Assembly (NCBI RefSeq): GCF_947568905.1
Contig: NC_079172.1
Location: forward strand, 62,372,001 to 62,436,000
DNA from: Ostrea edulis
Taxonomy: Eukaryota
Direction of reading: 5' to 3'
Length of the DNA stretch: 64,000 nt
Shown one piece after another: positions 51,340 to 64,000 of the stretch. Below the pieces are notes generated by a model. That model had not been told where the DNA came from. It ran no database searches and was given only the letters and a program-made list of their open reading frames with translations. Position 1 is the stretch's first letter, and each line of letters opens with the position of its first letter. The position numbers and the translations under genes are program-made.

Positions 51340-52629
51340 CTTTACAGACTTTGTGTCAAGGACAGTTGAGCCATGGGTCACCATACCCGGACAATATTAA
51401 TAATTGTGTAAAGAATTTTGTTAATTTACATGTACCATTAAACTGAAGTTCACATTCCTCAAAATTCTTGAGTAAGAGGTTAATAAAACTTCTGGTATAA
51501 TAAGCACATCATCGGGTATATATCCTTACAAGTTCTTTTGGATTTTTTATTAAACATAATATCCTTTTTTTTTCAATGCAAGAGATGACCGCATTAAGTG
51601 CAAGAGGTACTATGAGACAACAATCAGAAACTACCTGCCCGACTCTTTTAAACGTTTTTTCAAGATAAACAGAGAAACTCTTGAACTTTTGTGTAGAAAT
51701 CTTGCTCTTCATCCAACACGTACTGTTTCTGGTGGAAGACCCTCAATTCCATTAGAGAAAAAACTTCTAATGACTGTAAGGTATCTGGCTTCTCAAGAAA
51801 CTATTTGTGAACTAAGTGACCGCTTTGGTGTAAGTGAACATTGTTTACTTAAGAGCAAAAAGCATGTTATAAGGACTGTGATTGATACCTTTTTCAACAA
51901 CTGCATAAAATGGCCAAATGTAGCAGATTTTCCCAACATTACAAGGGAATTTGATGACATGGGAGCATATAATGTTCCTAGTGTGATTAGAGCCATTGAT
52001 GGTTGCCATATACCAATTGAAGCACCATCACAGAATGCCAATTCATGTTACAATAGGCAGAAGTTTCACTCGATAATACTTTAGGCAGTTTGTAAACATG
52101 ACTTACAGTTTACAGATATTAATGTTGGCTGGCCCGGGAGGGTACATGATACCAAAGTACTCAAAAATTCTACTCTCTGGGAATCTGGATTTGAAAAATG
52201 TGCACATGGACAGTACAATATTTTAGGAGATACAGCGTATCCTATGAAGTAGTGGCTCCTTACGCCTTACAGAGATACTGGCCATTTGAACCACCAACAA
52301 TTGCGCTACAACTTGCAGTTGTCCTCAAAAAGACAAGTTATTGAGCGTGCATTTGCATTATTAAAAAGGCTCTTTAGAAGATTAAAGTATCTCAACATCA
52401 AAAGTGAAATGAATATGTGTAAAACTGTAGTTTGTACTTGCATACTTCACACATACAGCATGACAGGTTGGATGACATTATAAATGAGGATTCTGATGAT
52501 GAAGATGGTCAAGGACATGTAAATGTTTATCCATGGCTTCAGAATGATGCCCAGGGAGCACTTAAAAGACTACAAATTACAAACAGAATGTAGATAATGT
52601 ACCTTGTGTAAAAGACCATGTTCTTTCTG

Positions 52630-52633
<4 letters not shown>

Positions 52634-52676
<43 letters not shown>
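52634..52676. repeat. (AT)n microsatellite
   Basis: Read directly. Confidence 0.97.
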
Positions 52677-52682
<6 letters not shown>

Positions 52683-54899
52683 CATCTCTAAATGCTTCAA
52701 CAGGTCTATGTATCTATTTTCTTAAATATTAGAACAAATGCATTAGCAATAAACATGTTTCTATCATTTATTGTATTCATCAACAAAAACAAAAATATTC
52801 ATCAACAGAAATTTTTTTTTTTATCAACATAAACAAAAGTAGTCATCAACATAAGAAAAAAATAACTGATTCCATATCATCCTGATAATTATGGTTATCA
52901 TAAAGATTTATTTTGTAAGGTTCATGCATGTATATGTATGCAATTGCCTCTCATCAGGTAACAAATGTAACAGGGTTTCTGTCGAATTAAACAACAAAGT
53001 CCTGTATGGGTTCTTAGATGTCGATCACCTCCATTTTATTGCCAGAATCTAAGCTTTAGATATACATGTATATGTATGTGTATGACACTCTGAAACATAT
53101 CAAACAAATAATTATATTTACAATCATATACATCAAAGTATTACTTATTTACACAAATTACTTCTTTGAAATATATGTTACCATATGATATTATAAAAGC
53201 TTAAAAACACTGATACTATATATTTATGATTTTCTATAATGACTATACAGACATTATTCATTATAATCATAGAATATATCATGAACACCATCATACCATT
53301 CTATGGGAATAAGTGATGTGGCAATAATCCCTCATTTAACAAAAATGTCCATGGAAATTGACTGTAAATTATGAAGTTTACATAAATAAACTTGCATCAT
53401 AAAAATATCAAGCATGTATTTAAAAATACAGTATACCAAATCTGTGAAACACATAAATTTAACTTATTTCAAGCTAACTGATTTATGCCTCACAAAATAT
53501 CTTTCTCACTGTGCAAGTGCTATGGAATTAAATCTACCAAATTATTACGTTTACTGCAAATTATAAATAATATTAAAGTTAGAAAATAAGCTTACCTTGT
53601 TAAAGAAATGATCAGTCAACAGTCAAATATCTGTCATATATTTTCACCAACTTCTCTATAAACCAACTAGACAAAGAATGACTGAACACCACCAAGAACG
53701 TTTGGAGGGAAAAAGAACTGACCAATAAAACACCAGCTAACAACACTAAAACCAATAGGAACTTCGAACACTTTCAAACCTATTTACAAAAGTTTAATTA
53801 TAATGACCTAAGGCAAAATTCAATAAATCAGAACAGGTACTGCCTGTTCTACTTGGATGAGCATAAAACACATCTCAATGTAGTGGTTATTCAGATAATG
53901 TTTAATTTGAAATCTATATACAAATTTGTGTAGATTTATTAATTTAAATCAATTAATAAACACTATTACACAAATACAAAATTTTCCATGGATCAAAATA
54001 ATGACCTACTAGCAGGGCTGCAGTCATAATGATTACTATCACTTAAAATTATTACAAATGGAGTCTGCTTTCCTAGTTTCATTATAAGTGTAAAAATCCA
54101 CCTTGATTAAAAAGATGAGGTAAACCCATTTGTGTTAAATGTGTCATGACCATATGCAGTTACACTTTGAAATAAGATGTTGTCATTCAGAATACTGTTT
54201 AAAAAAGTATTGCTAATTGTAACTGGAACCATTACAGATATTCCCTAAATGTAATTTTTATGTTTTACATACTGTTACCTATTTTTCAAAGCAAAACACA
54301 AATATAACCGTATTAGTATGAGGCAATCAGATTTATCTGATACAATGTGTATTGACTTAGGTTCTCAATAATATTCTTTTATTGTGACTCGCAATACATA
54401 TTTATGCATTAAATCTTAAATAATTTCCCTGAAAAAAGAGAAATAATGGCAATTTAAGTATTACGCCAAACTAATTCAGCACACCTACATGCATTCTTTT
54501 TTATTATTACCATAATGAAGGAATGCATTATCCTTTGCTATTCTAAATTTCATCCTGTTTTTTTTAAAGAGAAATTGTTAAAGGCATTTAAAGTTTCAGC
54601 CAATCACATTTGCAAGTTTTAATTCACAAGAAAAAAAAATTAAAGTTTGTTTCATTCACTCATTTCAGGCATACATATGTAAGGGGAGAACATTTTTTAT
54701 AAAAAAAAAAAAAAGAAATAAGTTGTATCAGATGGGATTCGAACCGGGTGCCGAGAGAAGGTCGCGTGTGATGGACGATAGGCATTTTTTTTTTTTTTTT
54801 TTTTTTTTAATCTTTTATTGATCAACATACAATTTACACAGTCATCACAATGAATATCACAGTTTCAGATTTGGTTTAACATTTTACAATAAAACCATG

Positions 54900-57800
54900 T
54901 TAAAAGATAAACAGTAATATCCCATCTGTTTCTTTCAATAACGGATTGTTCCTCAAAAACTTTTCAAAAAACATCTTTCTGTTGTTTTTCTCAATACACA
55001 AATAATGGTAATTGTAATAAATATAATGTCTAAGCAAATATTTGCAAAAACTTGTCAAATGTATTCTTTTGTTAGTTTGCAACAATAGTTGTCTCCTTCT
55101 GTAAATTGTGAATCTACATAATGACAGAAAAAAATTAACAAAAAATGTGTTAACATTTTTCATAACATTTGGAAAAGCAGTCATAAATATTTCATCAAAA
55201 TCTAAAACATTGTATACACTATTTTCACAATCTTTCAACAATGTTTCCAAATGATATATAATAAACTCGCTTTTGAAATCTTGTATTTCTGTGCAATATA
55301 CAAACATATGTATTAAATCTTCACGTTCTACCGAACAAAGTGGACATTTGTTTGAATCTGTTTTACCAATTTTAAACAATTTTTCATACGTAAAAATTGC
55401 ATTGTGAAAAATTTTAAAATCAAGCTCCACAACATCAGGAGGTTTTCCACTTTCTTTAAGTACAATCCATCTATTGTCAAGCATCTTTATATCTTTTGTT
55501 TTAAATTTCTCTGACCAATATTGGTTTGACTTTGGAGGATTAAACACTTTTTGAATCAACAATTTGTAAAATATTTTTACAGTGCATGAAGAAAAATCAT
55601 ACTTTGTATTTTCGACACAAAGTGAAAAAATTGGTAAACATGCTTCTTTTTTATAAACATTGTGCTGAATAACATTTTCCCATTCTTTTGGAATAATCGA
55701 TAATAATGTTGAGTAATCATTTTTGATGCGTTTTGCACTAATTTCAGTATCACATTCATGTATCATTTCTACAATAAAAGATGCAGGTAAAAATCCAGGT
55801 ATCACTTCATATGAAATGTCTCTGATATGTGTGATCCCCGCTTTTATGAAATGTTTCCACAATAGTGTCTTGTTTTGATTGACAATTTTGGGATTAAAAA
55901 ACAAACAGTAATTAAACACATCATTTGTACTTTCATTGTACTCAATATTATCCTTCACAGCATACCAAGCACTAAACATTTCTGTATAGAACAAAGGTAA
56001 ACATTGTAAATCTTTTTTGTTCAACTGTAGTAAAAACATTTCCACTCCTCCTTTCAAATCACATATTCTTGATAAAAAATAGCGAAGAAAATATTTCCAT
56101 GCAAGATGTTTTCTTGTGCAAAGATACTTAGCTAAAAATTTTAATCGAAAAGAAAGTATTTTCAAATAAATATCATCCATTTTTAAACCTCCATTTTCTT
56201 TTTCTCCGACAATTGTCTTATATGACACTAAATGTGTACCATAACTCCAAAGAAAATTAATACATTCTTTCTGAATCGAATCTCTAGCCCAAAATGGAAT
56301 AGAAATTACAGACAAAGAATACCATAATTTAGACATAAGTAATGTATTAATAACATTAACTCTTCCTTGTATTGTCAACAATCTTTGTCTCCACATATTA
56401 AGAACTTGCTTGATATTTTGAACTTTGCTTCTCCAGTTCAGATTTTCACATTCCAATTTGTTTTTACCAAAATAAACTCCAAGAACTTTCATGACATTTG
56501 TTTCTGTTATATTGAGAAGTTTTTTATCATCTAGTAACAATTTTCCTGTCCCTATACACATAACTTCAGATTTTTGTACATTGATTCTGGCACCAGACGC
56601 TCTTCCATATAATTCAAAAACATTCAGTATTTCAAAAATAGACTTTTTATCACATACTGAGATCGTTGTATCATCTGCATGTTGAAAAACTAATGCTGTT
56701 TTATCACACATAGGAATATCTATTCCTCTAATAAATTTGTTACATTTAATTGCACAATTCAAAGGTTCTGAACATAACACATATAACAAAGCAGATATTG
56801 GACAACCTTGTCTAACAGAGTTTCGAACTGGAAAATATTTTGTCAAATGACCATTGTTTTTAACACTGCTATAGATATCTGTATAAAATATTTTAACCCA
56901 TTTTCTAAAATAATCTCCAAAACCATATACTTGTAACACATCTAATAAATATTCATGACTAACTCTATCAAACGCCTTTTCTTGGTCAATTTTTACGATA
57001 TAGCCTTCCATTTGATCCATTTCAACCATTTCTATGATATCTCTTATGCTTACTAAAGTATCTGCAATATCTCTTCCAACAATACAACATGTTTGATCAT
57101 TAGAAATAACATTTGGTAACACCTGTTTGAGTCTATTTGACATTATTCTTGCTATTATTTTGTAGTCAACATTTAAAAGACTAATTGGTCTCCAGTTTTT
57201 TAACAACCTCTTATCACCTTTCTTCTTGTATAATAACGTTATGTTACCCATCTTCATAGAATGTGACAATGTTTCTTGCTTTTCTATTTCTAAAAATAAT
57301 TTGTACAATATAGTTTTCAAATGAGGTAAAAACTTCCTATAAAATTCAACAGTCAATCCATCAGGACCAGGACTCTTATTCCTGGCCATTTCTTTCACAG
57401 CTTGTTCTATTTCATTAACATCAATGTACTTATCACACAATTCTGCATCATTCACATCAAGCTTTGTATTAACTAATGATAACAACTGGTTTTTACTATC
57501 ACAATCAATAGTTACACATGAATACAATTTGGAATAAAAATCATATTGCAGATTTAAAATAGAATCTGCATTTTCCATAACTTCTCCACTCTCATCCACT
57601 AATTCTTTAATAGTATTTGATTCTTGTCTACTCTTTTCTAAATTCAAGAAAAATTTCGTACACTTATCCGATTCATTGGCCCACTTTGCTTTAGATCTTA
57701 GTATAGCACCTCTACATTTTTCATTTTCAAATTCACTAAGATCTGTTTTCAACTTTTCATAATTTTCAATATTAATACTGTCGCCATCAGCAATTCTTTC

Positions 57801-58793
57801 TGACAATCTTTGTAAACTATTTTGAATTCTGTAATACTCCCTGTTTCTTTCTCTTGCTCTATTCTGACTATAACTTTGTGACAATTTTTTGATTTTGTAC
57901 TTTAGATTATCCCACCATACCAAAATTGATTGCTCAAATAATATGCACTGTTTTTCGTTTTCAATTACTTCTTGAACTTTGTTTACATAATATTCGTCAT
58001 TCAAAAGTAAATTGTTATGTATCCAAACACCTGGACCTCTTTCAGACACATCTGTATTGAAATTCATAACAATCATCGAGTGATCACTCATTGTCGTTTC
58101 CACGTAAAAAATATTTCTAACATAAACACATAGAATTTTTGTGATCAAGATAAAATCAATTCTACTTTATACAAGCAAATTTTCTCTAATAACTTTTCTT
58201 GAAAAAATCTTTTTCCTTTCATTTCTTTTTCTCCAAACATCAACCACATTGTGTTCATTCATCATATCTGTCAACGCTTTGTAACTCTGGTCATACTTGT
58301 GTGCAGTTTTTCCACACCTATCTATGTCTGCAAGAGTATTATTAAAATCTCCCATAATAATTAAACTTGTAGAATGTGGCATTATTTCCATAATATTATT
58401 AAAAAACAATACCCTTTCCTTTATATCATTTGGCGCATATACATTTATTATGTCATAATTGTTATCATTTTCTTTGTATTTGATATGTAAATACCTCCCA
58501 TCAAACCCTTTTACCTTTTCTATGTTTGTTTTGATATTATTCTTAACTAAAAATGCTACACCTTTGGAGGACATATTTGTACTATCATAATATATAACAC
58601 CATTCCATAAGTGTTTATAATTGTCAATAAAATTGTCTTTCCAATGGGTTTCCTGTAAAGCTACAATGTCATATTTTCTATCATCAAATAAGCTAAATAC
58701 CATTTTCATTTTATCAACGTCACACAAACCGTTACAATTCCACGAGGTTATAAAAACCATTGTAAAAATGAAAAAGTTAATGATGCTTTCCAT
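54900..58793 (-). pseudogene. LINE ORF2p (APE endonuclease, RT, CCHC) with a single in-frame TAA at 58167-58169
   Basis: SWNCNG, LQETH, MGDFN and SDH (APE); KSPGPDG, WRPISLLN, DQEKAFD, RQGCP and HADD (RT); CPLC...HMFVYC. The two track ORFs share one frame. Confidence 0.92.
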
Positions 58794-58794
58794 T

Positions 58795-59892
58795 TTATTT
58801 GTTCTTCTTTACTTTGCTCTTATTTTTCACTTTACTTCTCCTCTTCTTGGCATTTTTCACGGTCACTTCTGTATCAAGTTCCGATTCTACGGTTGAAGAC
58901 TCTTCACAATCGCACATTTCGGTATCTGTAATATCCGGTGGTTCGTTTTCAGTTGTTGTTTCTTCCTTTTCTTTGTTATCACCATTTTCATTCTGATCAC
59001 TGGTCCCTGTTTCATCTGTGTCTTTTTTCACTACACCTTGTTCATCTTCTTTGGCCTGTTTTATCGGCTCACCGATTTCCTGGTCCCCTTCTGGTGCCTC
59101 CGCGTCTCCGTCGCTGTGTACATCATTGTCGTCCCCGTTATTCACCTCACATGCATCTATTTCACCTTCACTCATTTCGTTGTCTCCGTGGTCACTCACC
59201 CGGCACGAACATCTGTGTTCCCATTCCTCACACTGTTTACATCTGGTAGATTTACATGCTTTTGCATAGTGTCCCTGTTTCTTGCATTTAAAACAGGTGA
59301 ATTCTGGACATGCCCTGAAAAGATGTTCACTCGAATAGCACAACGAACACACTTTTAATTGACCATTATGGATACACCTGTAGTACTCTTTTTGGAATTT
59401 TATTGTGTAGGGAAACGAGGTCATGTTGTCTGGTAGTCTGACTTTTGCATAACGCGTGCCGTCCGCTATTGTCGTACCTGGATAGTATCTTCTGTTGATC
59501 GGTGATAAAAGTTCAACTCCCATAGATCTTAATGTCATCTCAATTTCATTGTCATCGATATAAGCAGGCAGGTGCATGAAACTAACCACAATCGAGCTAG
59601 GTACTACTTCATGACATTCGAAAGTGTTGTTGCCTATTTTTATCCCTTCTAAGAGGTACTGTAGGGGGGCTTTCCCATCTAATGTTATTTCGTACAAATT
59701 CCCTGATTTTGGTACACATGCCAGTAGACTACCAACTCCACAGTTGTCATGGATGAATTCGATAATTTTCTCAGGTTTAACAGAAGAATTATCTTTAACA
59801 TTCACAAATAGAGTATTTTCTCGACAATATTTTCTGTCAGCAAACAAATTCTTGGATCCGCCAAAATGGCGGCCGCCTGACGTGGCAGCCAT
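58795..59892 (-). CDS. LINE ORF1p (RRM-like region, CCHC zinc knuckles, acidic/basic tail), 365 aa
   Basis: Knuckles CSLCYSSEHLFRAC and CFKCKKQGHYAKAC; first ATG at 59892. Confidence 0.9.
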   Translation of the reverse strand: MAATSGGRHFGGSKNLFADRKYCRENTLFVNVKDNSSVKPEKIIEFIHDNCGVGSLLACVPKSGNLYEITLDGKAPLQYLLEGIKIGNNTFECHEVVPSSIVVSFMHLPAYIDDNEIEMTLRSMGVELLSPINRRYYPGTTIADGTRYAKVRLPDNMTSFPYTIKFQKEYYRCIHNGQLKVCSLCYSSEHLFRACPEFTCFKCKKQGHYAKACKSTRCKQCEEWEHRCSCRVSDHGDNEMSEGEIDACEVNNGDDNDVHSDGDAEAPEGDQEIGEPIKQAKEDEQGVVKKDTDETGTSDQNENGDNKEKEETTTENEPPDITDTEMCDCEESSTVESELDTEVTVKNAKKRRSKVKNKSKVKKNK

Positions 59893-61121
59893 CCACACTC
59901 GTGTTCGTATCACTATTCACACTGTCTTATTTCAGCACAATATACACAAAACAAGCAAAATAAACAAAAGTATATACATTAAGTCTTCCTATGGAAGACA
60001 CAATCAAGTGGTTCACTATACACAGTAAACACAATCAGTTGTATTCGAACAGTCAAAATACACCGTGCTCACCTTGCCATTAGCAAACCGGAAGTGGTGG
60101 ACGATAGGCATTACCCTCTGCGCCATTGAGACTCTGCAACTACGTAGATATTTTTGGTATTCTGTGTGTCTGATTATTATTGTAAAATTAATTATAATTG
60201 ACTTTGAAGAGTATTATATTCTATTAATTTTGGGTAAAAGTATCTCTTGTTGAGTTAAAATAATTTCGTGTAATATTTTTCACACTTATGAAGACGGTCA
60301 GTGATTGGTCAGTGTGTGTAATAATAGAACCTGCTATTGGCGGTATTTTTGCACGAGATACAGAACAACAAAGACGTGTCTGATGTTGTGTAAGTTTTTG
60401 GTGATATATTTGTCATTTTCAAGTACACAATAATTTGTCAGTGAATATTTTGAGTGCATAGATTCACTATATCGTGTGCAAGGTATTGTAAGAGATTCTT
60501 TGCTAAACAATGCTGTTAGGAAGCAGAATTCAATATTTAGCATTTGCTTTAATCAGACATATAGAATTGAGAACTAGTTTGTAGCTTAATGTTTTCTATT
60601 TATACTTAATGGGAGAATATAATTGAGTTTTACATACATGTACTTCGGTGACACAACGGTGTTTGAGTTATATGTGTGTTTCAGTATATTTACAGTGTTT
60701 ATTTTATTAATAGGTCTAAATGTAGGTGATTAGTGTATTACGTTGACCTTGACCTGTCGTGGTGGCCATTTTTTTGGGCCGGATATTGCGTGCCTTGTTT
60801 AGGTTTGTGAACTTTGCGTATTTGCAATTGCTATTTGTTCATGTTGCTAATTATGCATGTTTATAATACATGTACTACATATGAATCCTTGCAAAGGAAA
60901 TATGTTTGTATATATGATTGAGGTCAAGCAAATCTTGTACATTGGTTAAGTCACTAGAACAAATTATAATGTGTTTTTATTTATTTATATTTATAGGAGC
61001 ACTGTCATTGATTCATCATTGATTGATCACATTACACTACAACTGTGAATAAAAGGTGAAAAGAACTTGTGTGTTACACATACATCTCCTGATCTATCAT
61101 TCCTGAAGTGGAAAACCTTAA

Positions 61122-61260
61122 TAACAAGAGGACCACAGGCCTTATCGGTCACCTGAGTACTAGTGAAAAAGTATCACTACTCCAAAGGGCCATGAAATCT
61201 AGAAAAATTATTCTGTTCTGAATATCTAAGCTAAATTCTAAAGTTCAGCAATAGTATAAA
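61122..61260 (-). mobile_element. HINE 3' end remnant
   Basis: AACAAGAGGACCACAGGCC...TCACCTGAG, the reverse of the HINE 3' terminus. Confidence 0.55.
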
Positions 61261-62380
61261 AGAAGATATATTCTTAAAACTTCAATGTCCCAAAAAGTGC
61301 ATACGCTAATGAAAGGCTTTAAATAATCAAGATTATTTGATACATATCAAATAGTCCACAATGAATTAAGATTGGCTAATACAGTTCGTACCGTTTACGA
61401 AATAAACCTGGTTCGAACTATCTTGCCTCTTACAATTCCGCCTAACGGGGAACGAGTTAACTTTTCATTCTGCTCAAAGGTAGCAGGGGACAGTTTCGCA
61501 CTATCTTTTTCAAAAAATGGAAATACCCCAAATCTGAAGTGATATTACATGTGTAAAAATGTATACAATAATATTAGGATGCATGTCAAATGTAGCTGAG
61601 TGCTTAATAAAAATGTTGATATACAACATGTAGGTGTCACCATGATTCCTAGCATATAGATGGGTGCAAATACGAAACTAAGACACGTGGTCAGTTGCTG
61701 AAGAAATTCCGGTGAAAACATGCAGGGTCCAACAAAAGGTCTGTAGCTGTGAGGGAAGGTGGATGGCCCCATATGAGAAGGGCAGATAGGGTTCTTGATT
61801 GTGCACAGTGTCTAAATCCCCATGTTTGGTACTGTGATGGTGTGGGGGTGGTGGATTAGCCCAAATGAGAGAAAATCAAAGCAAAAAAGGGGAACCTGCT
61901 CAGAGCATGTTTTGTGCATCAGCACCAGTATTTATAGATTACATGTAATGTAGGGTAATAATTTATTAACTACACTAATATGAAATACAAGTATTGACAT
62001 AAAAGGGAAATATGATTTTTCATTAGTCTGTCACAATCTGACTTTGGTGTATACCCCCTATCCACATGTTTTAAAACCAAAGAAACTGTCCCCTGCCACC
62101 AAACCTTAGATTCAACACATATTGTGAAAAATGATTTTCTTAATGACAATCCATTGCCATCGAGCTAATTTATTAACATCGTGCAATCGTATACGCAGCC
62201 AAACAATCCTTTACCAGTGCAGCAACAGGATGAAACCAAAAAAAAAAAAGGGGGGGGGGGAGGGACAGATAGAAGCAATACCGATCGATTGGTTTTTGTT
62301 TTGTTTTGTCCATGGTGAAGATAACGAACTGTGACCTATCTAATTCCTATAAGCAATACAGTAAAACATATCTTCCAACA

Positions 62381-63006
62381 ATGGAATCGTCACCACTGTC
62401 GGCGATGGGTTGCCTAACTTTGGCCTGAGTTCGGCGTTTTCTCGGCCGCTTAGCGGTGAGCCTCAGCCTCAGCGATGTTTATCATGCCACCGCCCCGCCT
62501 GCTGTGACTCGGACCCACGGTTTAATTTGAAGGCCTGTTACAACTGCGATGGATGATGTGGACCTTTCTATCCTGAATCCCCACGGGACTTGAGTCCGAG
62601 ACTAGGAGGGCAAGGCAGTGAAGCATGGCAACGTTATGGTCACCACCACCCCTTATAAAGGCAGGAGGTACCCATTCAGCCGGTAATGGAGGTTTAATCC
62701 CAGGCGAACGCTACTCTCCTTTCTCAAGGTCAACCTGAATAGAATCGTCACCACTGTCGGCGATGGGTTTCCAAATTTTGGCCTGTGCTTGGCCGCTTTG
62801 CGGGGAGCGATTTTTATCGTGCCACCACACACGGACCTTTCTAATCCGGATCTCCACGGGACTGGAGCTCGAGACAAGGACGGGATACCAACCAGGCAGT
62901 GAAGCACGACAACGCTGGTCCTCTCCTGAAGGCAGGAGGTACCTATTCAGGCGGCGATAGTCGTCTAATCCCTGACGAAGGCTACCATCCCTTCTCAAGG
63001 TCAACA
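62381..63006 (-). mobile_element. Two head-to-tail diverged SINE-like monomers (62381-62740 and 62741-63006)
   Basis: Both begin GAATCGTCACCACTGTCGGCGATGGGTT and end CTCAAGGTCAAC; homologous in reverse to 24427-24667. Confidence 0.65.
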
Positions 63007-64000
63007 TGGTGAGTCGCTGCATTTATTTGATATTCCTTAATATTCACTTAGTTCAAATTCTACCGGCTGTCGTAAAGCACACCCACAACATAGCCCGTAG
63101 GGCGATACCATACTCAGACTTAGTTTCTGTATGTATCTTCTGGCAGCCGCCATATGTAAATTCATATCCTGGTCATGTCCTACACCACCTAATATATCTA
63201 GCATCGCCTGTGCTCTATTATTATGTATCCCAATGGCAAACCTATGGCACAATTTTGATTGTATCTATTTGGCCAAAATGCCATTCATGATTCAAGGTAC
63301 TTGGTTAACGTAGGTTTCATGACCTTTCAATAGGCATGGCTAGCGAGTCGGTCAAGCAAAGGGCACCAGCTAGTCAGATCATGCTACCAATTCCAAGGAT
63401 TGCTTACTCTTAATTCGTCCCATTCTGTAATCAGTTCATTATGTCGCGTTACTTTGTATTTATTCATTTACATGTAATACACGGGTGAACCTGGGTAACG
63501 TTCAGGTATACCTGATTGTGCCAAAATGACGGCACTGCATAGACCAGGGGCTCGGACCTCAACCTGCCCCGAGGTTCAATTTGCAATGTGGCCAACCACT
63601 GCATTATCTTGTTAGGTTTACTTGCTAGGCAGTATTAGGCCCAAGTTTCAGGGTAGGCATTGCTATTCACGGCCACAGGGGTTCACGGGTTTTACTACAG
63701 CACGATCACAATTTTAGGTACCAAGGACCTCACCGGTCAATTTATGCAGAGTTATTAACTTCATAGTACTTAACTATTATTAACATCCCTATGCAATTAC
63801 GTGGTATTCTTGCTATTTCAGCAGTTTGCCTCTTTTTAATTTATGTAGTTTACAGATGATTCCGACAACGTACGTGACGTGGAGCGCTATATGCTATTTC
63901 GTACACATGTTTCAGGTTTGTGCTAGAACCAGCATCACAGAGTACGAGTCGCAGTATTTTCTCACCTTGTCATTCTTTGGATATTTAATAGCACTTTCCA

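Larger units (their letters stand above)
49085..52593 (+). pseudogene. PIF/Harbinger (HARBI1-like) DDE transposase pseudogene, two exons (49085-49197 and 51583-52593)
   Basis: DDE motifs AIDGCH, GDTAYP and VIERAF. Premature TAG at 52082 and 52250, frameshift near 52450. The acidic N-terminal exon MAAIIG...EEDDDLDD ends at a GTATGT donor in phase 2, matching the acceptor at 51582. Confidence 0.85.
54787..60097 (-). mobile_element. Full-length Tx1/L1-clade non-LTR retrotransposon
   Basis: TSD TGGACGATAGGCATT at 54772-54786 and 60098-60112; poly(A) tail with AATAAA upstream; ORF1 and ORF2 present. Confidence 0.95.
54700..60130 (-). repeat. tRNA-derived repeat split by the LINE (pieces 60098-60130 and 54700-54771)
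   Basis: Rejoined: TGGCGCAGAGGGTAA (A-box) ... GGTTCGAATCC (B-box) ... oligo-T. Confidence 0.75.

Noticed and set aside
53596-53779. Minus-strand exon-like segment as the Harbinger Myb/SANT partner
   Set aside because: It has AG/GT borders but stop codons in all three frames and no Myb motif.
62960-63006. Hammerhead ribozyme (CTGACGA at about 62972)
   Set aside because: No acceptable stem II or GAAA follows, the other monomer has CAGGCGA, and family homology indicates the opposite strand is sense.

Overview
This is AT-rich animal genomic DNA, most likely from a bivalve. The Cg170-like satellite inside a Helentron-associated element points to an oyster (inference). The window holds one host gene: a 13-exon secreted heme peroxidase (peroxidase-cyclooxygenase superfamily) on the + strand, CDS 8025-41798. 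I assembled it by hand; all introns are GT-AG and phase-compatible, and the 1995-nt CDS encodes 664 aa. Its introns and flanks are filled with satellites (19, 20, 21, 22, 29, 37 and 40 bp units and others) and transposable elements. These include a full-length Tx1/L1-clade LINE with a 15-bp TSD inserted in a tRNA-like repeat, a decayed Gypsy-like gag-pro-RT element preceded by an SGNH-hydrolase-like ORF, and a tRNA-LTR TRIM (Helenus type) with an inverted 5' LTR. Also present are a spliced Harbinger transposase pseudogene, a Tc1 element, Penelope-like fragments, SINEs, an L2 3' end, HINEs and several hairpin MITEs, some nested. There is no CRISPR array and no bona fide tRNA or rRNA gene. All alignments and folds were done by eye and no database searches were run.
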